Shown here: one piece after another, positions 63,871 to 64,000 of the stretch
Layout: every line of letters starts with the position of its first letter
Position numbering within the stretch: the stretch's first letter is position 1
Assembly: GCF_006345805.1 (NCBI RefSeq)
Contig: NC_043005.1
Location: 29,698,001-29,762,000, forward strand
Direction: 5' to 3'
DNA length: 64,000 nt
From: Octopus sinensis
Lineage: Eukaryota
Notes under the pieces: generated by a model
The model's input: only the letters and a program-made list of their open reading frames with translations
Databases searched by the model: none
What the model was told of the DNA's origin: nothing
Made by a program: the position numbers and the translations under genes

Positions 63871-64000
63871 TGGAAGCTTCACCATTTCATCCTTTTGAGA
63901 TTCATAAATGAAGTAACAATTCTATACTGGGGTTAATTCTTCTTTTTCTCTCACTCATTCTTTCTGTCTATCATCAATCTAACTTCCTTTCTTCTAGATG

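Overview
Eukaryotic, AT-rich, microsatellite-saturated DNA that looks intronic or intergenic. The SINE, LINE and microsatellite repertoire matches what I recall of Octopus (coleoid cephalopod) genomes; this is a recognition-based inference, not a database result. Almost all ORF-track entries are artefacts of (TA)n, (CA)n, (AAT)n and (GGT)n repeats. Recognisable mobile elements are: a nearly intact RTE-clade LINE (36.5-40.4 kb) with a PHD-type finger inside its RT, plus several truncated RTE copies; a CR1-like LINE 3' end; three different Penelope-like (PLE) relics; maT/DD37D, mariner and rosa-like Tc1/mariner relics; a hAT relic; two non-autonomous Helitrons; several tRNA-derived SINE families; and at least four families of long fold-back elements. 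One convincing exon (30863-31148) and several weaker ones suggest an unidentified minus-strand host gene, possibly with an RFX X-box promoter near 58.9 kb. The most unusual observations are (1) a tRNA-promoter SINE carrying a minimal hammerhead ribozyme and a Penelope-style inverted end (2290-2570, 6282-6595) and (2) a hairpin-shaped element inserted with 12-13 bp target-site duplications (17056-17395, 63404-63679).
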